From Nemertoderma westbladi (lineage: Eukaryota > Animalia > Xenacoelomorpha): a DNA stretch of 64,000 bases. A program made the translations under genes and the position numbers. Shown piece after piece: positions 33,487 through 48,400 of the stretch (position 1 is its first letter; every line of letters starts with the position of its first letter). The notes below the pieces were generated by a model, which was not told the DNA's origin, searched no databases, and was given only the letters and a program-made list of their open reading frames with translations. The DNA lies in assembly GCA_032718475.1 (NCBI GenBank), contig JAUCBJ010007011.1:8312-72311 (forward strand), given 5' to 3'.

Positions 33487-36400
33487 TTGCTCACATTATG
33501 CTAACTTATCAGACTACGTACCCGTAGTTGCTCACATTATGCTAACTTATCAGCCTACGTCCCCGTAGTTGCTCACATTATGCTAACTTATCAGCCTACG
33601 TACCCGTAGTTGCTCACATTATGCTAACTTATCAGCCTACGTCCCCGTAGTTGCTCACATAATGCTAACTTATCAGCCTACTTACCCGTAGTTGCTCACA
33701 TAATGCTCACTTATCAGCCATGCACGTCCCCGTAGTTGCTCACATTATGCTAACTTATCAGCCTACGTACCCGTAGTTGCTCACATTATGCTAACTTATC
33801 AGCCTACGTACCCGTAGTTGCTCACATTATGCTAACATATCAGCCTACGTCCCCGTAGTTGCTCACATTATGCTAACTTATCAGCCTACGTACCCGTAGT
33901 TGCTCACATTATGCTAACTTATCAGCCTACGTCCCCGTAGTTGCTCACATTATGCTAACTTATCAGCCTACGTCCCCGTAGTTGCTCACATTATGCTAAC
34001 TTATCAGCCTACGTCCCCGTAGTTGCTCACATTATGCTAACTTATCAGCCTACGTCCCCGTAGTTGCTCACATTATGCTAACTTATCAGCCTACGGCCCC
34101 GTAGTTGCTCACATTATGCTAACTTATCAGCCTACGTCCCCGTAGTTGCTCACATTATGCTAACTTATCAGCCTACGTCCCCGTAGTTGCTCACATTATG
34201 CTAACTTATCAGCCTACGTCCCCGTAGTTGCTCACATTATGCTAACTTATCAGCCTACGGCCCCGTAGTTGCTCACATTATACTAACTTATCAGCCTACG
34301 TCCCCGTAGTTGCTCACATTATGCTAACTTATCAGCCTACGTCCCCGTAGTTGCTCACATTATGCTAACTTATCAGCCTACGTCCCCATAGTTGCTCACA
34401 TTATGCTACTTATCAGCCTACGTCCCCGTAGTTGCTCACATTATGCGAACTTATCAGCCTACGTCCCCGTAGTTGCTCACATTATGCTAACTTATCAGCC
34501 TACGTCCCCGTAGTTGCTCACATTATGCTAACTTGTCAGCCTACGTCCCCGTAGTTGCTCACATTATGCTAACTTATCAGCCTACGTCCCCGTAGTTGCT
34601 CACATTATGCTAACTTATCAGCCTACGTCCCCGTAGTTGCTCACATTATGCTAACTTATCAGCCTACGGCCCCGTAGTTGCTCACATTATGCTAACTTAT
34701 CAGCCTACGTCCCCGTAGTTGCTCACATTATGCTAACTTATCAGCCTACGTCCCCGTAGTTGCTCACATTATGCTAACTTATCAGCCTACGTCCCCGTAG
34801 TTGCTCACATTATGCTAACTTATCAGCCTACGGCCCCGTAGTTGCTCACATTATGCTAACTTATCAGCCTACGTATCCGTAGTTGCTCACATTATGCTAA
34901 CTTATCAGCCTACGGCCCCGTAGTTGCTCACATTATGCTAACTTATCAGCCTACGTCCCCGTAGTTGCTCACATTATGCTAACTTGTCAGCCTACGTCCC
35001 CGTAGTTGCTCACATTATGCTAACTTATCAGCCTACGTCCCCGTAGTTACTCACATTATTCTAACTTATCAGCCTACGTCCCCGTAGTTGCTCACATTAT
35101 GCTAACTTATCAGCCTACGTCCCCGTAGTTGCTCACATTATGCTACTTATCAGCCTACGTCCCCGTAGTTGCTCACATTATGCTAACTTATCAGCCTACG
35201 TCCCCGTAGTTGCTCACATTATGCTAACTTATCAGCCTACGTCCCCGTAGTTGCTCACATTATGCTAACTTATCAGCCTACGTCCCCGTAGTTGCTCACA
35301 TTATGCTAGCTAACTTATCAGCCTACGTCCCCGTAGTTGCTCACATTATGCTAACTTATCAGCCTACGTCCCCGTAGTTGCTCACATTATGCTAGCTAAC
35401 TTATCAGCCTACGTCCCCGTAGTTGCTCACATTATGCTAACTTATCAGCCATGCACGTCCCCGTAGTTGCTCACATTATGCTAACTTATCAGCCTACGTC
35501 CCCTTACTTGCTCACATTATGCTAACTTATCAGCCTACGTCCCCGTAGTTGCTCACATTATGCTAACTTATCAGCCTACGTCCCCTTACTTGCTCACATT
35601 ATGCTAACTTATCAGCCTACGTATCCGTAGTTGCTCACATTATGCTAACTTATCAGCCTACGGCCCCGTAGTTGCTCACATTATGCTAACTTATCAGCCT
35701 ACGTCCCCGTAGTTGCTCACATTATGCTAACTAACTTATCAGCCTACGTCCCCGTAGTTGCTCACATTATGCTACCTTATCAGCCTACGTCCCCGTAGTT
35801 ACTCACATTATTCTAACTTATCAGCCTACGTCCCCGTAGTTGCTCACATTATGCTAACTTATCAGCCTACGTCCCCGTAGTTGCTCACATTATGCTACTT
35901 ATCAGCCTACGTCCCCGTAGTTGCTCACATTATGCTAACTTATCAGCCTACGTCCCCGTAGTTGCTCACATTATCCTAACTTATCAGCCTACGTCCCCGT
36001 AGTTGCTCACATTATGCTAGCTTATCAGCCTACGTCCCCGTAGTTGCTCACATTATGCTAACTTATCAGCCTACGTCCCCGTAGTTGCTCACATTATGCT
36101 AACTTATCAGCCTACGACCCCATAGTTGCTCACATTATGCTAACTTATCAGCCTACGTACCCGTAGTTGCTCACATTATGCTAACTTATCAGCCTACGTC
36201 CCCGTAGTTGCTCACATTATGCTAACTTATCATCCTACGTCCCCGTAGTTGCTCACATTATGCTAACTTATCAGCCTACGTCCCCGTAGTTGCTCACATT
36301 ATGCTAACTTATCAGCCTACGTCCCCGTAGTTGCTCACATTATGCTAACCTATCAGCCACGGCCCCGTAGTTGCTCACATTATGCTAACTTATCAGCCTA

Positions 36401-39400
36401 CGTCCCCGTAGTTGCTCACATTATGCTAACTTATCAGCCTACGTCCCCGTAGTTGCTCACATTATGCTAACCTATCAGCCACGGCCCCGTAGTTGCTCAC
36501 ATTATGCTAACTTATCAGCCTACGTCCCCGTAGTTGCTCACATTATGCTAACTTATCAGCCTACGTCCCCGTAGTTGCTCACATTATGCTAACTTATCAG
36601 CCTACGTCCCCGTAGTTGCTCACATTATGCTAACTTATCAGCCTACGTCCCCGTAGTTGCTCACATTATGCTAACTTATCAGCCTACGTCCCCGTAGTTG
36701 CTCACATTATGCTAACTTATCAGCCTACGTCCCCGTAGTTGCTCACATTATGCTAACTTATCAGCCTACGGCCCCGTAGTTGCTCACATTATACTAACTT
36801 ATCAGCCTACGTACCCGTAGTTGCTCACATTATGCTAACTTATCAGCCTACGTCCCCGTAGTTGCTCACATTATGCTAACTTATCAGCCTACGACCCCAT
36901 AGTTGCTCACATTATGCTAACTTATCAGCCTACGTCCCCGTAGTTGCTCACATTATGCGAACTTATCAGCCTACGGTCCCGTAGTTGCTCACATTATGCT
37001 AACTTATCAGCCTACGTCCCCGTAGTTGCTCACATTATGCTAACTTGTCAGCCTACGTCCCCGTAGTTGCTCACATTATGCTAACTTATCAGCCTACGTC
37101 CCCGTAGTTGCTCACATTATGCTAACTTATCAGCCTACGTCCCCGTAGTTGCTCACATTATGCTAACTTATCAGCCTACGGCCCCGTAGTTGCTCACATT
37201 ATGCTAACTTATCAGCCTACGTCCCCGTAGTTGCTCACATTATGCTAACTTATCAGCCTACGTCCCCGTAGTTGCTCACATTATGCTAACTTATCAGCCT
37301 ACGTCCCCGTAGTTGCTCACATTATGCTAACTTATCAGCCTACGTCCCTGTAGTTGCTCACATTATGCTAACTTATCAGCCTACGTCCCCGTAGTTGCTC
37401 ACATTATGCTAACTTATCAGCCTACGTCCCCGTAGTTGCTCACATTATGCTAACCTATCAGCCACGGCCCCGTAGTTGCTCACATTATGCTAACTTATCA
37501 GCCTACGTCCCCGTAGTTGCTCACATTATGCTAACTTATCAGCCTACGTATCCGTAGTTGCTCACATTATGCTAACTTATCAGCCTACGTCCCCGTAGTT
37601 GCTCACATTATGCTAACCTATCAGCCACGGCCCCGTAGTTGCTCACATTATGCTAACTTATCAGCCTACGTCCCCGTAGTTGCTCACATTATGCTAACTT
37701 ATCAGCCTACGTCCCCGTAGTTGCTCACATTATGCTAACCTATCAGCCACGGCCCCGTAGTTGCTCACATTATGCTAACTTATCAGCCTACGTCCCCGTA
37801 GTTGCTCACATTATGCTAACTTATCAGCCTACGTATCCGTAGTTGCTCACATTATGCTAACTTATCAGCCTACGTCCCCGTAGTTGCTCACATTATGCTA
37901 ACTTATCAGCCTACGTCCCCGTAGTTGCTCACATTATGCTAACCTATCAGCCACGGCCCCGTAGTTGCTCACATTATGCTAACTTATCAGCCTACGTCCC
38001 CGTAGTTGCTCACATTATGCTAACTTATCAGCCTACGTCCCCGTAGTTGCTCACATTATGCTAGCTAACTTATCAGCCTTCGTCCCCGTAGTTGCTCACA
38101 CTATGCTAACCTATCAGCCCACGGCCCCGTAGTTGCTCACATTATGCTAACTTATCAGCCTACGTCCCCGTAGTTGCTCACATTATGCTAACTTATCAGC
38201 CTACGTCCCCGTAGTTGCTCACATTATGCTAACTTATCAGCCTACGGCCCCGTAGTTGCTCACATTATGCTAACTTATCAGCCTACGTCCCCGTAGTTGC
38301 TCACATTATGCTAACTTATCAGCCTACGTCCCCGTAGTTGCTCACATTATGCTAACTTATCAGCCTACGGCCCCGTAGTTGCTCACATTATGCTAACTTA
38401 TCAGCCTACGTCCCCGTAGTTGCTCACATTATGCTAACTTATCAGCCTACGTATCCGTAGTTGCTCACATTATGCTAACTTATCAGCCTACGTCCCCGTA
38501 GTTGCTCACATTATGCTAACTTATCAGCCTACGTCCCCGTAGTTGCTCACATTATGCTAACTTATCAGCCTACGGCCCCGTAGTTGCTCACATTATGCTA
38601 ACTTATCAGCCTACGTCCCCGTAGTTGCTCACATTATGCTAACTTATCAGCCTACGTCCCCGTAGTTGCTCACATTATGCTAGCTAACTTATCAGCCTTC
38701 GTCCCCGTAGTTGCTCACATTATGCTAACTTATCAGCCTACGTCCCCGTAGTTGCTCACATTATGCTAACCTATCAGCCACGGCCCCGTAGTTGCTCACA
38801 TTATGCTAACTTATCAGCCTACGTCCCCGTAGTTGCTCACATTATGCTAGCTAACTTATCAGCCTACGTCCCCGTAGTTGCTCACATTATGCTAACTTAT
38901 CAGCCTACGGCTCCGTAGTTGCTCACATTATGCTAACTTATCAGCCTACGTACCCGTAGTTGCTCACATTATGCTAACTTATCAGCCTACGTCCCCGTAG
39001 TTGCTCACATTATGCTAACTTATCAGCCTACGTCCCCGTAGTTGCTCACATTATGCTAACTTATCAGCCTACGTCCCCGTAGTTGCTCACATTATGCTAA
39101 CTTATCAGCCTACGTCCCCGTAGTTGCTCACATTATGCTAACTTATCAGCCTACGGCCCCGTAGTTGCTCACATTATGCTAACTTATCAGCCTACGTCCC
39201 CGTAGTTGCTCACATTATGCTAACTTATCAGCCTACGTCCCCGTAGTTGCTCACATTATGCTAACTTATCAGCCTACGTCCCCGTAGTTGCTCACATTAT
39301 GCTAACTTATCAGCCTACGGCCCCGTAGTTGCTCACATTATACTAACTTATCAGCCTACGTCCCCGTAGTTGCTCACATTATGCTAACTTATCAGCCTAC

Positions 39401-42400
39401 GTCCCCGTAGTTGCTCACATTATGCTAACTTATCAGCCTACGTCCCCATAGTTGCTCACATTATGCTACTTATCAGCCTACGTCCCCGTAGTTGCTCACA
39501 TTATGCGAACTTATCAGCCTACGTCCCCGTAGTTGCTCACATTATGCTAACTTATCAGCCTACGTCCCCGTAGTTGCTCACATTATGCTAACTTGTCAGC
39601 CTACGTCCCCGTAGTTGCTCACATTATGCTAACTTATCAGCCTACGTCCCCGTAGTTGCTCACATTATGCTAACTTATCAGCCTACGTCCCCGTAGTTGC
39701 TCACATTATGCTAACTTATCAGCCTACGGCCCCGTAGTTGCTCACATTATGCTAACTTATCAGCCTACGTCCCCGTAGTTGCTCACATTATGCTAACTTA
39801 TCAGCCTACGTCCCCGTAGTTGCTCACATTATGCTAACTTATCAGCCTACGTCCCCGTAGTTGCTCACATTATGCTAACTTATCAGCCTACGGCCCCGTA
39901 GTTGCTCACATTATGCTAACTTATCAGCCTACGTATCCGTAGTTGCTCACATTATGCTAACTTATCAGCCTACGGCCCCGTAGTTGCTCACATTATGCTA
40001 ACTTATCAGCCTACGTCCCCGTAGTTGCTCACATTATGCTAACTTGTCAGCCTACGTCCCCGTAGTTGCTCACATTATGCTAACTTATCAGCCTACGTCC
40101 CCGTAGTTACTCACATTATTCTAACTTATCAGCCTACGTCCCCGTAGTTGCTCACATTATGCTAACTTATCAGCCTACGTCCCCGTAGTTGCTCACATTA
40201 TGCTACTTATCAGCCTACGTCCCCGTAGTTGCTCACATTATGCTAACTTATCAGCCTACGTCCCCGTAGTTGCTCACATTATGCTAACTTATCAGCCTAC
40301 GTCCCCGTAGTTGCTCACATTATGCTAACTTATCAGCCTACGTCCCCGTAGTTGCTCACATTATGCTAGCTAACTTATCAGCCTACGTCCCCGTAGTTGC
40401 TCACATTATGCTAACTTATCAGCCTACGTCCCCGTAGTTGCTCACATTATGCTAGCTAACTTATCAGCCTACGTCCCCGTAGTTGCTCACATTATGCTAA
40501 CTTATCAGCCATGCACGTCCCCGTAGTTGCTCACATTATGCTAACTTATCAGCCTACGTCCCCTTACTTGCTCACATTATGCTAACTTATCAGCCTACGT
40601 CCCCGTAGTTGCTCACATTATGCTAACTTATCAGCCTACGTCCCCTTACTTGCTCACATTATGCTAACTTATCAGCCTACGTATCCGTAGTTGCTCACAT
40701 TATGCTAACTTATCAGCCTACGGCCCCGTAGTTGCTCACATTATGCTAACTTATCAGCCTACGTCCCCGTAGTTGCTCACATTATGCTAACTAACTTATC
40801 AGCCTACGTCCCCGTAGTTGCTCACATTATGCTACCTTATCAGCCTACGTCCCCGTAGTTACTCACATTATTCTAACTTATCAGCCTACGTCCCCGTAGT
40901 TGCTCACATTATGCTAACTTATCAGCCTACGTCCCCGTAGTTGCTCACATTATGCTACTTATCAGCCTACGTCCCCGTAGTTGCTCACATTATGCTAACT
41001 TATCAGCCTACGTCCCCGTAGTTGCTCACATTATCCTAACTTATCAGCCTACGTCCCCGTAGTTGCTCACATTATGCTAGCTTATCAGCCTACGTCCCCG
41101 TAGTTGCTCACATTATGCTAACTTATCAGCCTACGTCCCCGTAGTTGCTCACATTATGCTAACTTATCAGCCTACGACCCCATAGTTGCTCACATTATGC
41201 TAACTTATCAGCCTACGTACCCGTAGTTGCTCACATTATGCTAACTTATCAGCCTACGTCCCCGTAGTTGCTCACATTATGCTAACTTATCATCCTACGT
41301 CCCCGTAGTTGCTCACATTATGCTAACTTATCAGCCTACGTCCCCGTAGTTGCTCACATTATGCTAACTTATCAGCCTACGTCCCCGTAGTTGCTCACAT
41401 TATGCTAACCTATCAGCCACGGCCCCGTAGTTGCTCACATTATGCTAACTTATCAGCCTACGTCCCCGTAGTTGCTCACATTATGCTAACTTATCAGCCT
41501 ACGTCCCCGTAGTTGCTCACATTATGCTAACCTATCAGCCACGGCCCCGTAGTTGCTCACATTATGCTAACTTATCAGCCTACGTCCCCGTAGTTGCTCA
41601 CATTATGCTAACTTATCAGCCTACGTCCCCGTAGTTGCTCACATTATGCTAACTTATCAGCCTACGTCCCCGTAGTTGCTCACATTATGCTAACTTATCA
41701 GCCTACGTCCCCGTAGTTGCTCACATTATGCTAACTTATCAGCCTACGTCCCCGTAGTTGCTCACATTATGCTAACTTATCAGCCTACGTCCCCGTAGTT
41801 GCTCACATTATGCTAACTTATCAGCCTACGGCCCCGTAGTTGCTCACATTATGCTAACTTATCAGCCTACGTCCCCGTAGTTGCTCACATTATGCTAACT
41901 TATCAGCCTACGTCCCCGTAGTTGCTCACATTATGCTAACTTATCAGCCTACGACCCCGTAGTTGCTCACATTATGCTAACTTATCAGCCTACGTCCCCG
42001 TAGTTGCTCACATTATGCGAACTTATCAGCCTACGGTCCCCGTAGTTGCTCACATTATGCTAACTTATCAGCCTACGTCCCCGTAGTTGCTCACATTATG
42101 CTAACTTGTCAGCCTACGTCCCCGTAGTTGCTCACATTATGCTAACTTATCAGCCTACGTCCCCGTAGTTGCTCACATTATGCTAACTTATCAGCCTACG
42201 TCCCCGTAGTTGCTCACATTATGCTAACTTATCAGCCTACGTCCCCGTAGTTGCTCACATTATGCTAACTTATCAGCCTACGTCCCCGTAGTTGCTCACA
42301 TTATGCTAACTTATCAGCCTACGTCCCCGTAGTTGCTCACATTATGCTAACTTATCAGCCTACGTCCCCGTAGTTGCTCACATTATGCTAACTTATCAGC

Positions 42401-45400
42401 CTACGTCCCCGTAGTTGCTCACATTATGCTAACTTATCAGCCTACGTCCCCGTAGTTGCTCACATTATGCTAACTTATCAGCCTACGTCCCCGTAGTTGC
42501 TCACATTATGCTAACTTATCAGCCTACGTCCCCGTAGTTGCTCACATTATGCTAACTTATCAGCCTACGACCCCGTAGTTGCTCACATTATGCTAACTTA
42601 TCAGCCTACGTCCCCGTAGTTGCTCACATTATGCTAACTTATCAGCCTACGGTCCCCGTAGTTGCTCACATTATGCTAACTTATCAGCCTACGTCCCCGT
42701 AGTTGCTCACATTATGCTAACTTATCAGCCTACGTCCCCGTAGTTGCTCACATTATGCTAACTTATCAGCCTACGTCCCCGTAGTTGCTCACATTATGCT
42801 AACTTATCAGCCTACGTCCCCGTAGTTGCTCACATTATGCTAACTTATCAGCCTACGGCCCCGTAGTTGCTCACATTATGCTAACTTATCAGCCTACGTC
42901 CCCGTAGTTGCTCACATTATGCTAACTTATCAGCCTACGTCCCCGTAGTTGCTCACATTATGCTAACTTATCAGCCTACGTCCCCGTAGTTGCTCACATT
43001 ATGCTAACTTATCAGCCTACGTCCCCGTAGTTGCTCACATTATGCTAACTTATCAGCCTACGTCCCCGTAGTTGCTCACATTATGCTAACTTATCAGCCT
43101 ACGTCCCCGTAGTTGCTCACATTATGCTAACCTATCAGCCACGGCCCCGTAGTTGCTCACATTATGCTAACTTATCAGCCTACGTCCCCGTAGTTGCTCA
43201 CATTATGCTAACTTATCAGCCTACGTCCCCGTAGTTGCTCACATTATGCTAACTTATCAGCCTACGTCCCCGTAGTTGCTCACATTATGCTAACTTATCA
43301 GCCTACGTCCCCGTAGTTGCTCACATTATGCTAACTTATCAGCCTACGTCCCCGTAGTTGCTCACATTATGCTAACTTATCAGCCTACGTCCCCGTAGTT
43401 GCTCACATTATGCTAACTTATCAGCCTACGGCCCCGTAGTTGCTCACATTATGCTAACTTATCAGCCTACGTATCCGTAGTTGCTCACATTATGCTAACT
43501 TATCAGCCTACGTCTCCGTAGTTGCTCACATTATGCTAACTTATCAGCCTACGGCCCCGTAGTTGCTCACATTATGCTAGCTAACTTATCAGCCTACGTC
43601 CCCGTAGTTGCTCACATTATGCTAACTTATCAGCCTACGTCCCCGTAGTTGCTCACATTATGCTAACTTATCAGCCTACGTCCCCGTAGTTGCTCACATT
43701 ATGCTAACTTATCAGCCTACGTCCCCGTAGTTGCTCACATTATGCTAACTTATCAGCCTACGTCCCCGTAGTTGCTCACATTATGCTAGCTAACTTATCA
43801 GCCTACGTCCCCGTAGTTGCTCACATTATGCTAACTTATCAGCCTACGGCTCCGTAGTTGCTCACATTATGCTAACTTATCAGCCTACGTCCCCGTAGTT
43901 GCTCACATTATGCTAGCTAACTTATCAGCCTACGTCCCCGTAGTTGCTCACATTATGCTAACTTATCAGCCTACGGCTCCGTAGTTGCTCACATTATGCT
44001 ATCTTATCAGCCTACGTCCCCGTAGTTGCTCACATTATGCTAACTTATCAGCCTACGTCCCCGTAGTTGCTCACATTATGCTAACTTATCAGCCTACGGC
44101 TCCGTAGTTGCTCACATTATGCTAGCTAACTTATCAGCCTACGTCCCCGTAGTTGCTCACATTATGCTAACTTATCAGCCTACGTCCCCGTAGTTGCTCA
44201 CATTATGCTAACTTATCAGCCTACGGCCCCGTAGTTGCTCACATTATGCTAACTTATCAGCCTACGTCCCCGTAGTTGCTCACCTTATGCTAACTTATCA
44301 GCCTACGTCCCCGTAGTTGCTCACATTATGCTAACTTATCAGCCTACGTCCCCGTAGTTGCTCACATTATGCTAACTTATCAGCCTACGGCTCCGTAGTT
44401 GCTCACATTATGCTAGCTAACTTATCAGCCTACGTCCCCGTAGTTGCTCACATTATGCTAACTTATCAGCCTACGTCCCCGTAGTTGCTCACATTATGCT
44501 AACTTATCAGCCTACGTCCCCGTAGTTGCTCACATTATGCTAACTTATCAGCCTACGTCCCCGTAGTTGCTCACATTATGCTAACTTATCAGCCTACGTC
44601 CCCGTAGTTGCTCACATTATGCTAACTTATCAGCCTACGTCCCCGTAGTTGCTCACATTATGCTAGCTAACTTATCAGCCTACGTCCCCGTAGTTGCTCA
44701 CATTATGCTAACTTATCAGCCTACGTCCCCGTAGTTGCTCACATTATGCTAACTTATCAGCCTACGTCCCCGTAGTTGCTCACATTATGCTAGCTAACTT
44801 ATCAGCCTACGTCCCCGTAGTTGCTCACATTATGCTAACTTATCAGCCTACGTCCCCGTAGTTGCTCACATTATGCTAACTTATCAGCCTACGTCCCCGT
44901 AGTTGCTCACATTATGCTAACTTATCAGCCTACGTCCCCGTAGTTGCTCACATTATGCTAGCTAACTTATCAGCCTACGTCCCCGTAGTTGCTCACATTA
45001 TGCTAACTTATCAGCCTACGTCCCCGTAGTTGCTCACATTATGCTAACTTATCAGCCTACGTCCCCGTAGTTGCTCACATTATGCTAACTTACTTATCAG
45101 CCTACGTCCCCGTAGTTGCTCACATTATGCTAAATTATCAGCCACGTCCCCGTAGTTGCTCACATTATGCTAACTTATCAGCCTACGTCCCCGTAGTTGC
45201 TCACATTATGCTAGCTAACTTATCAGCCTACGTCCCCGTAGTTGCTCACATTATGCTACTTATCAGCCTACGTCCCCGTAGTTGCTCACATTATGCTAAC
45301 TTATCAGCCTACGTCCCCGTAGTTGCTCACATTATGCTAGCTAACTTATCAGCCTACGTCCCCGTAGTTGCTCACATTATGCTAACTTATCAGCCTACGG

Positions 45401-48400
45401 CCCCGTAGTTGCTCACATTATGCTAACTTATCAGCCTACGTCCCCGTAGTTGCTCACATTATGCTAACTTATCAGCCTACGTCCCCGTAGTTGCTCACAT
45501 TATGCTAACTTATCAGCCTACGTCCCCGTAGTTGCTCACATTATGCTAACTTATCAGCCTACGTCCCCGTAGTTGCTCACATTATGCTAACTTATCAGCC
45601 TACGTCCCCGTAGTTGCTCACATTATGCTAACTTATCAGCCTACGTCCCCGTAGTTGCTCACATTATGCTAGCTAACTTATCAGCCTACGTCCCCGTAGT
45701 TGCTCACATTATGCTAACTTATCAGCCTACGTCCCCGTAGTTGCTCACATTATGCTAACTTATCAGCCTACGTCCCCGTAGTTGCTCACATTATGCTAGC
45801 TAACTTATCAGCCTACGTCCCCGTAGTTGCTCACATTATGCTAACTTATCAGCCTACGTCCCCGTAGTTGCTCACATTATGTTAACTTATCAGCCTACGT
45901 CCCCGTAGTTGCTCACATTATGCTAACTTACTTATCAGCCTACGTCCCCGTAGTTGCTCACATTATGCTAACTTATCAGCCACGTCCCCGTAGTTGCTCA
46001 CATTATGCTAACTTATCAGCCTACGTACCCGTAGTTGCTCACATTATGCTAACTTATCAGCCTACGTCCCCGTAGTTGCTCACATTATGCTACTTATCAG
46101 CCTACGTCCCCGTAGTTGCTCACATTATGCTAACTTATCAGCCTACGTCCCCGTAGTTGCTCACATTATGCTAGCTAACTTATCAGCCTACGTCCCCGTA
46201 GTTGCTCACATTATGCTCACTTATCAGCCTACGGCCCCGTAGTTGCTCACATTATGCTAACTTATCAGCCTACGTCCCCGTAGTTGCTCACATTATGCTA
46301 ACTTATCACCCTACGTCCCCGTAGTTGCTCACATTATGCTACTTATCAGCCTACGTCCCCGTAGTTGCTCACATTATGCTAACTTATCAGCCTACGTCCC
46401 CGTAGTTGCTCACATTATGCTAACTTATCAGCCTACGTCCCCGTAGTTGCTCACATTATGCTAACTTATCAGCCTACGTCCCCGTAGTTGCTCACATTAT
46501 GCTAGCTAACTTATCAGCCTACGTCCCCGTAGTTGCTCACATTATGCTAACTTATCAGCCTACGTCCCCGTAGTTGCTCACATTATGCTAACTTATCAGC
46601 CTACGTCCCCGTAGTTGCTCACATTATGCTAACTTATCAGCCTACGTCCCCGTAGTTGCTCACATTATGCTAACTTATCAGCCTACGTCCCCGTAGTTGC
46701 TCACATTATGCTAACTTATCAGCCTACGTCCCCGTAGTTGCTCACATTATGCTAACTTATCAGCCTACGTCCCCGTAGTTGCTCACATTATGCTAACTTA
46801 CTTATCAGCCTACGTCCCCGTAGTTGCTCACATTATGCTAACTTATCAGCCACGTCCCCGTAGTTGCTCACATTATGCTAACTTATCAGCCTACGTACCC
46901 GTAGTTGCTCACATTATGCTAACTTATCAGCCTACGTCCCCGTAGTTGCTCACATTATGCTACTTATCAGCCTACGTCCCCGTAGTTGCTCACATTATGC
47001 TAACTTATCAGCCTACGTCCCCGTCGTTGCTCACATTATGCTAGCTAACTTATCAGCCTACGTCCCCGTAGTTGCTCACATTATGCTAACTTATCAGCCT
47101 ACGACCCCGTAGTTGCTCACATTATGCTAACTTATCAGCCTACGTCCCCGTAGTTGCTCACATTATGCCAGCTAACTTATCAGCCTACGACCCCGTAGTT
47201 GCTCACATTATGCTAACTTATCAGCCTACGTCCCCGTAGTTGCTCACATTATGCCAGCTAACTTATCAGCCTACGTCCCCGTTGTTGCTCACATTATGCT
47301 AACTTATCAGCCTACGTCCCCGTAGTTGCTCACATTATGCTAACTTATCAGCCTACGGCCCCGTAGTTGCTCACATTATGCTAACTTATCAGCCTACGTC
47401 CCCGTAGTTGCTCACATTATGCTAACTTATCAGCCTACGTCACCGTAGTTGCTCACATTATGCTAACTTATCAGCCTACGTCCCCGTAGTTGCTCACATT
47501 ATGCTAACTTATCAGCCTACGTCCCCGTAGTTGCTCACATTATGCTAACTTATCAGCCTACGTCCCCGTAGTTGCTCACATTATGCTAACTTATCAGCCT
47601 ACGCCCCGTAGTTGCTCACATTATGCTAACTTATCAGCCTACGTCCCCGTAGTTGCTCACATTATGCTAACTTATCAGCCTACGTCCCCGTAGTTGCTCA
47701 CATTATGCTAACTTATCAGCCTACGTCCCCGTAGTTGCTCACATTATGCTAACTTATCAGCCTACGTCCCCGTAGTTGCTCACATTATGCTAACTTATCA
47801 GCCTACGTCCCCGTAGTTCTCACATTATGCTAACTTATCAGCCTACGTCCCCGTAGTTGCTCACATTATGCTAACTTATCAGCCTACGTCCCCGTAGTTG
47901 CTCACATTATGCTAGCTAACTTATCAGCCTACGTCCCCGTAGTTGCTCACATTATGCTAACTTATCAGCCTACGTCCCCGTAGTTGCTCACATTATGTAA
48001 CTTATCAGCCTACGTCCCCGTGTTGCTCACATATGCTAACTTATCAGCCTACGTCCCCGTCGTTGCTCACATTATGCTAACTTATCAGCCTACGTCCCCG
48101 TAGTTGCTCACATTATGCTAACTTATCAGCCTACGTCCCCGTAGTTGCTCACATTATGCTAACTTATCAGCCTACGTCCCCGTAGTTGCTCACATTATGC
48201 CAGCTAACTTATCAGCCTACGACCCCGTAGTTGCTCACATTATGCTAACTTATCAGCCTACGTCCCCGTAGTTGCTCACATTATGCCAGCTAACTTATCA
48301 GCCTACGTCCCCGTTGTTGCTCACATTATGCTAACTTATCAGCCTACGTCCCCGTAGTTGCTCACATTATGCTAACTTATCAGCCTACGGCCCCGTAGTT

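Noticed and set aside
33495-33520. Resemblance of TAACTTATCAGACT to miR-21
   Set aside because: Short match, no precursor hairpin, and part of the satellite monomer; miR-21 is a vertebrate family.
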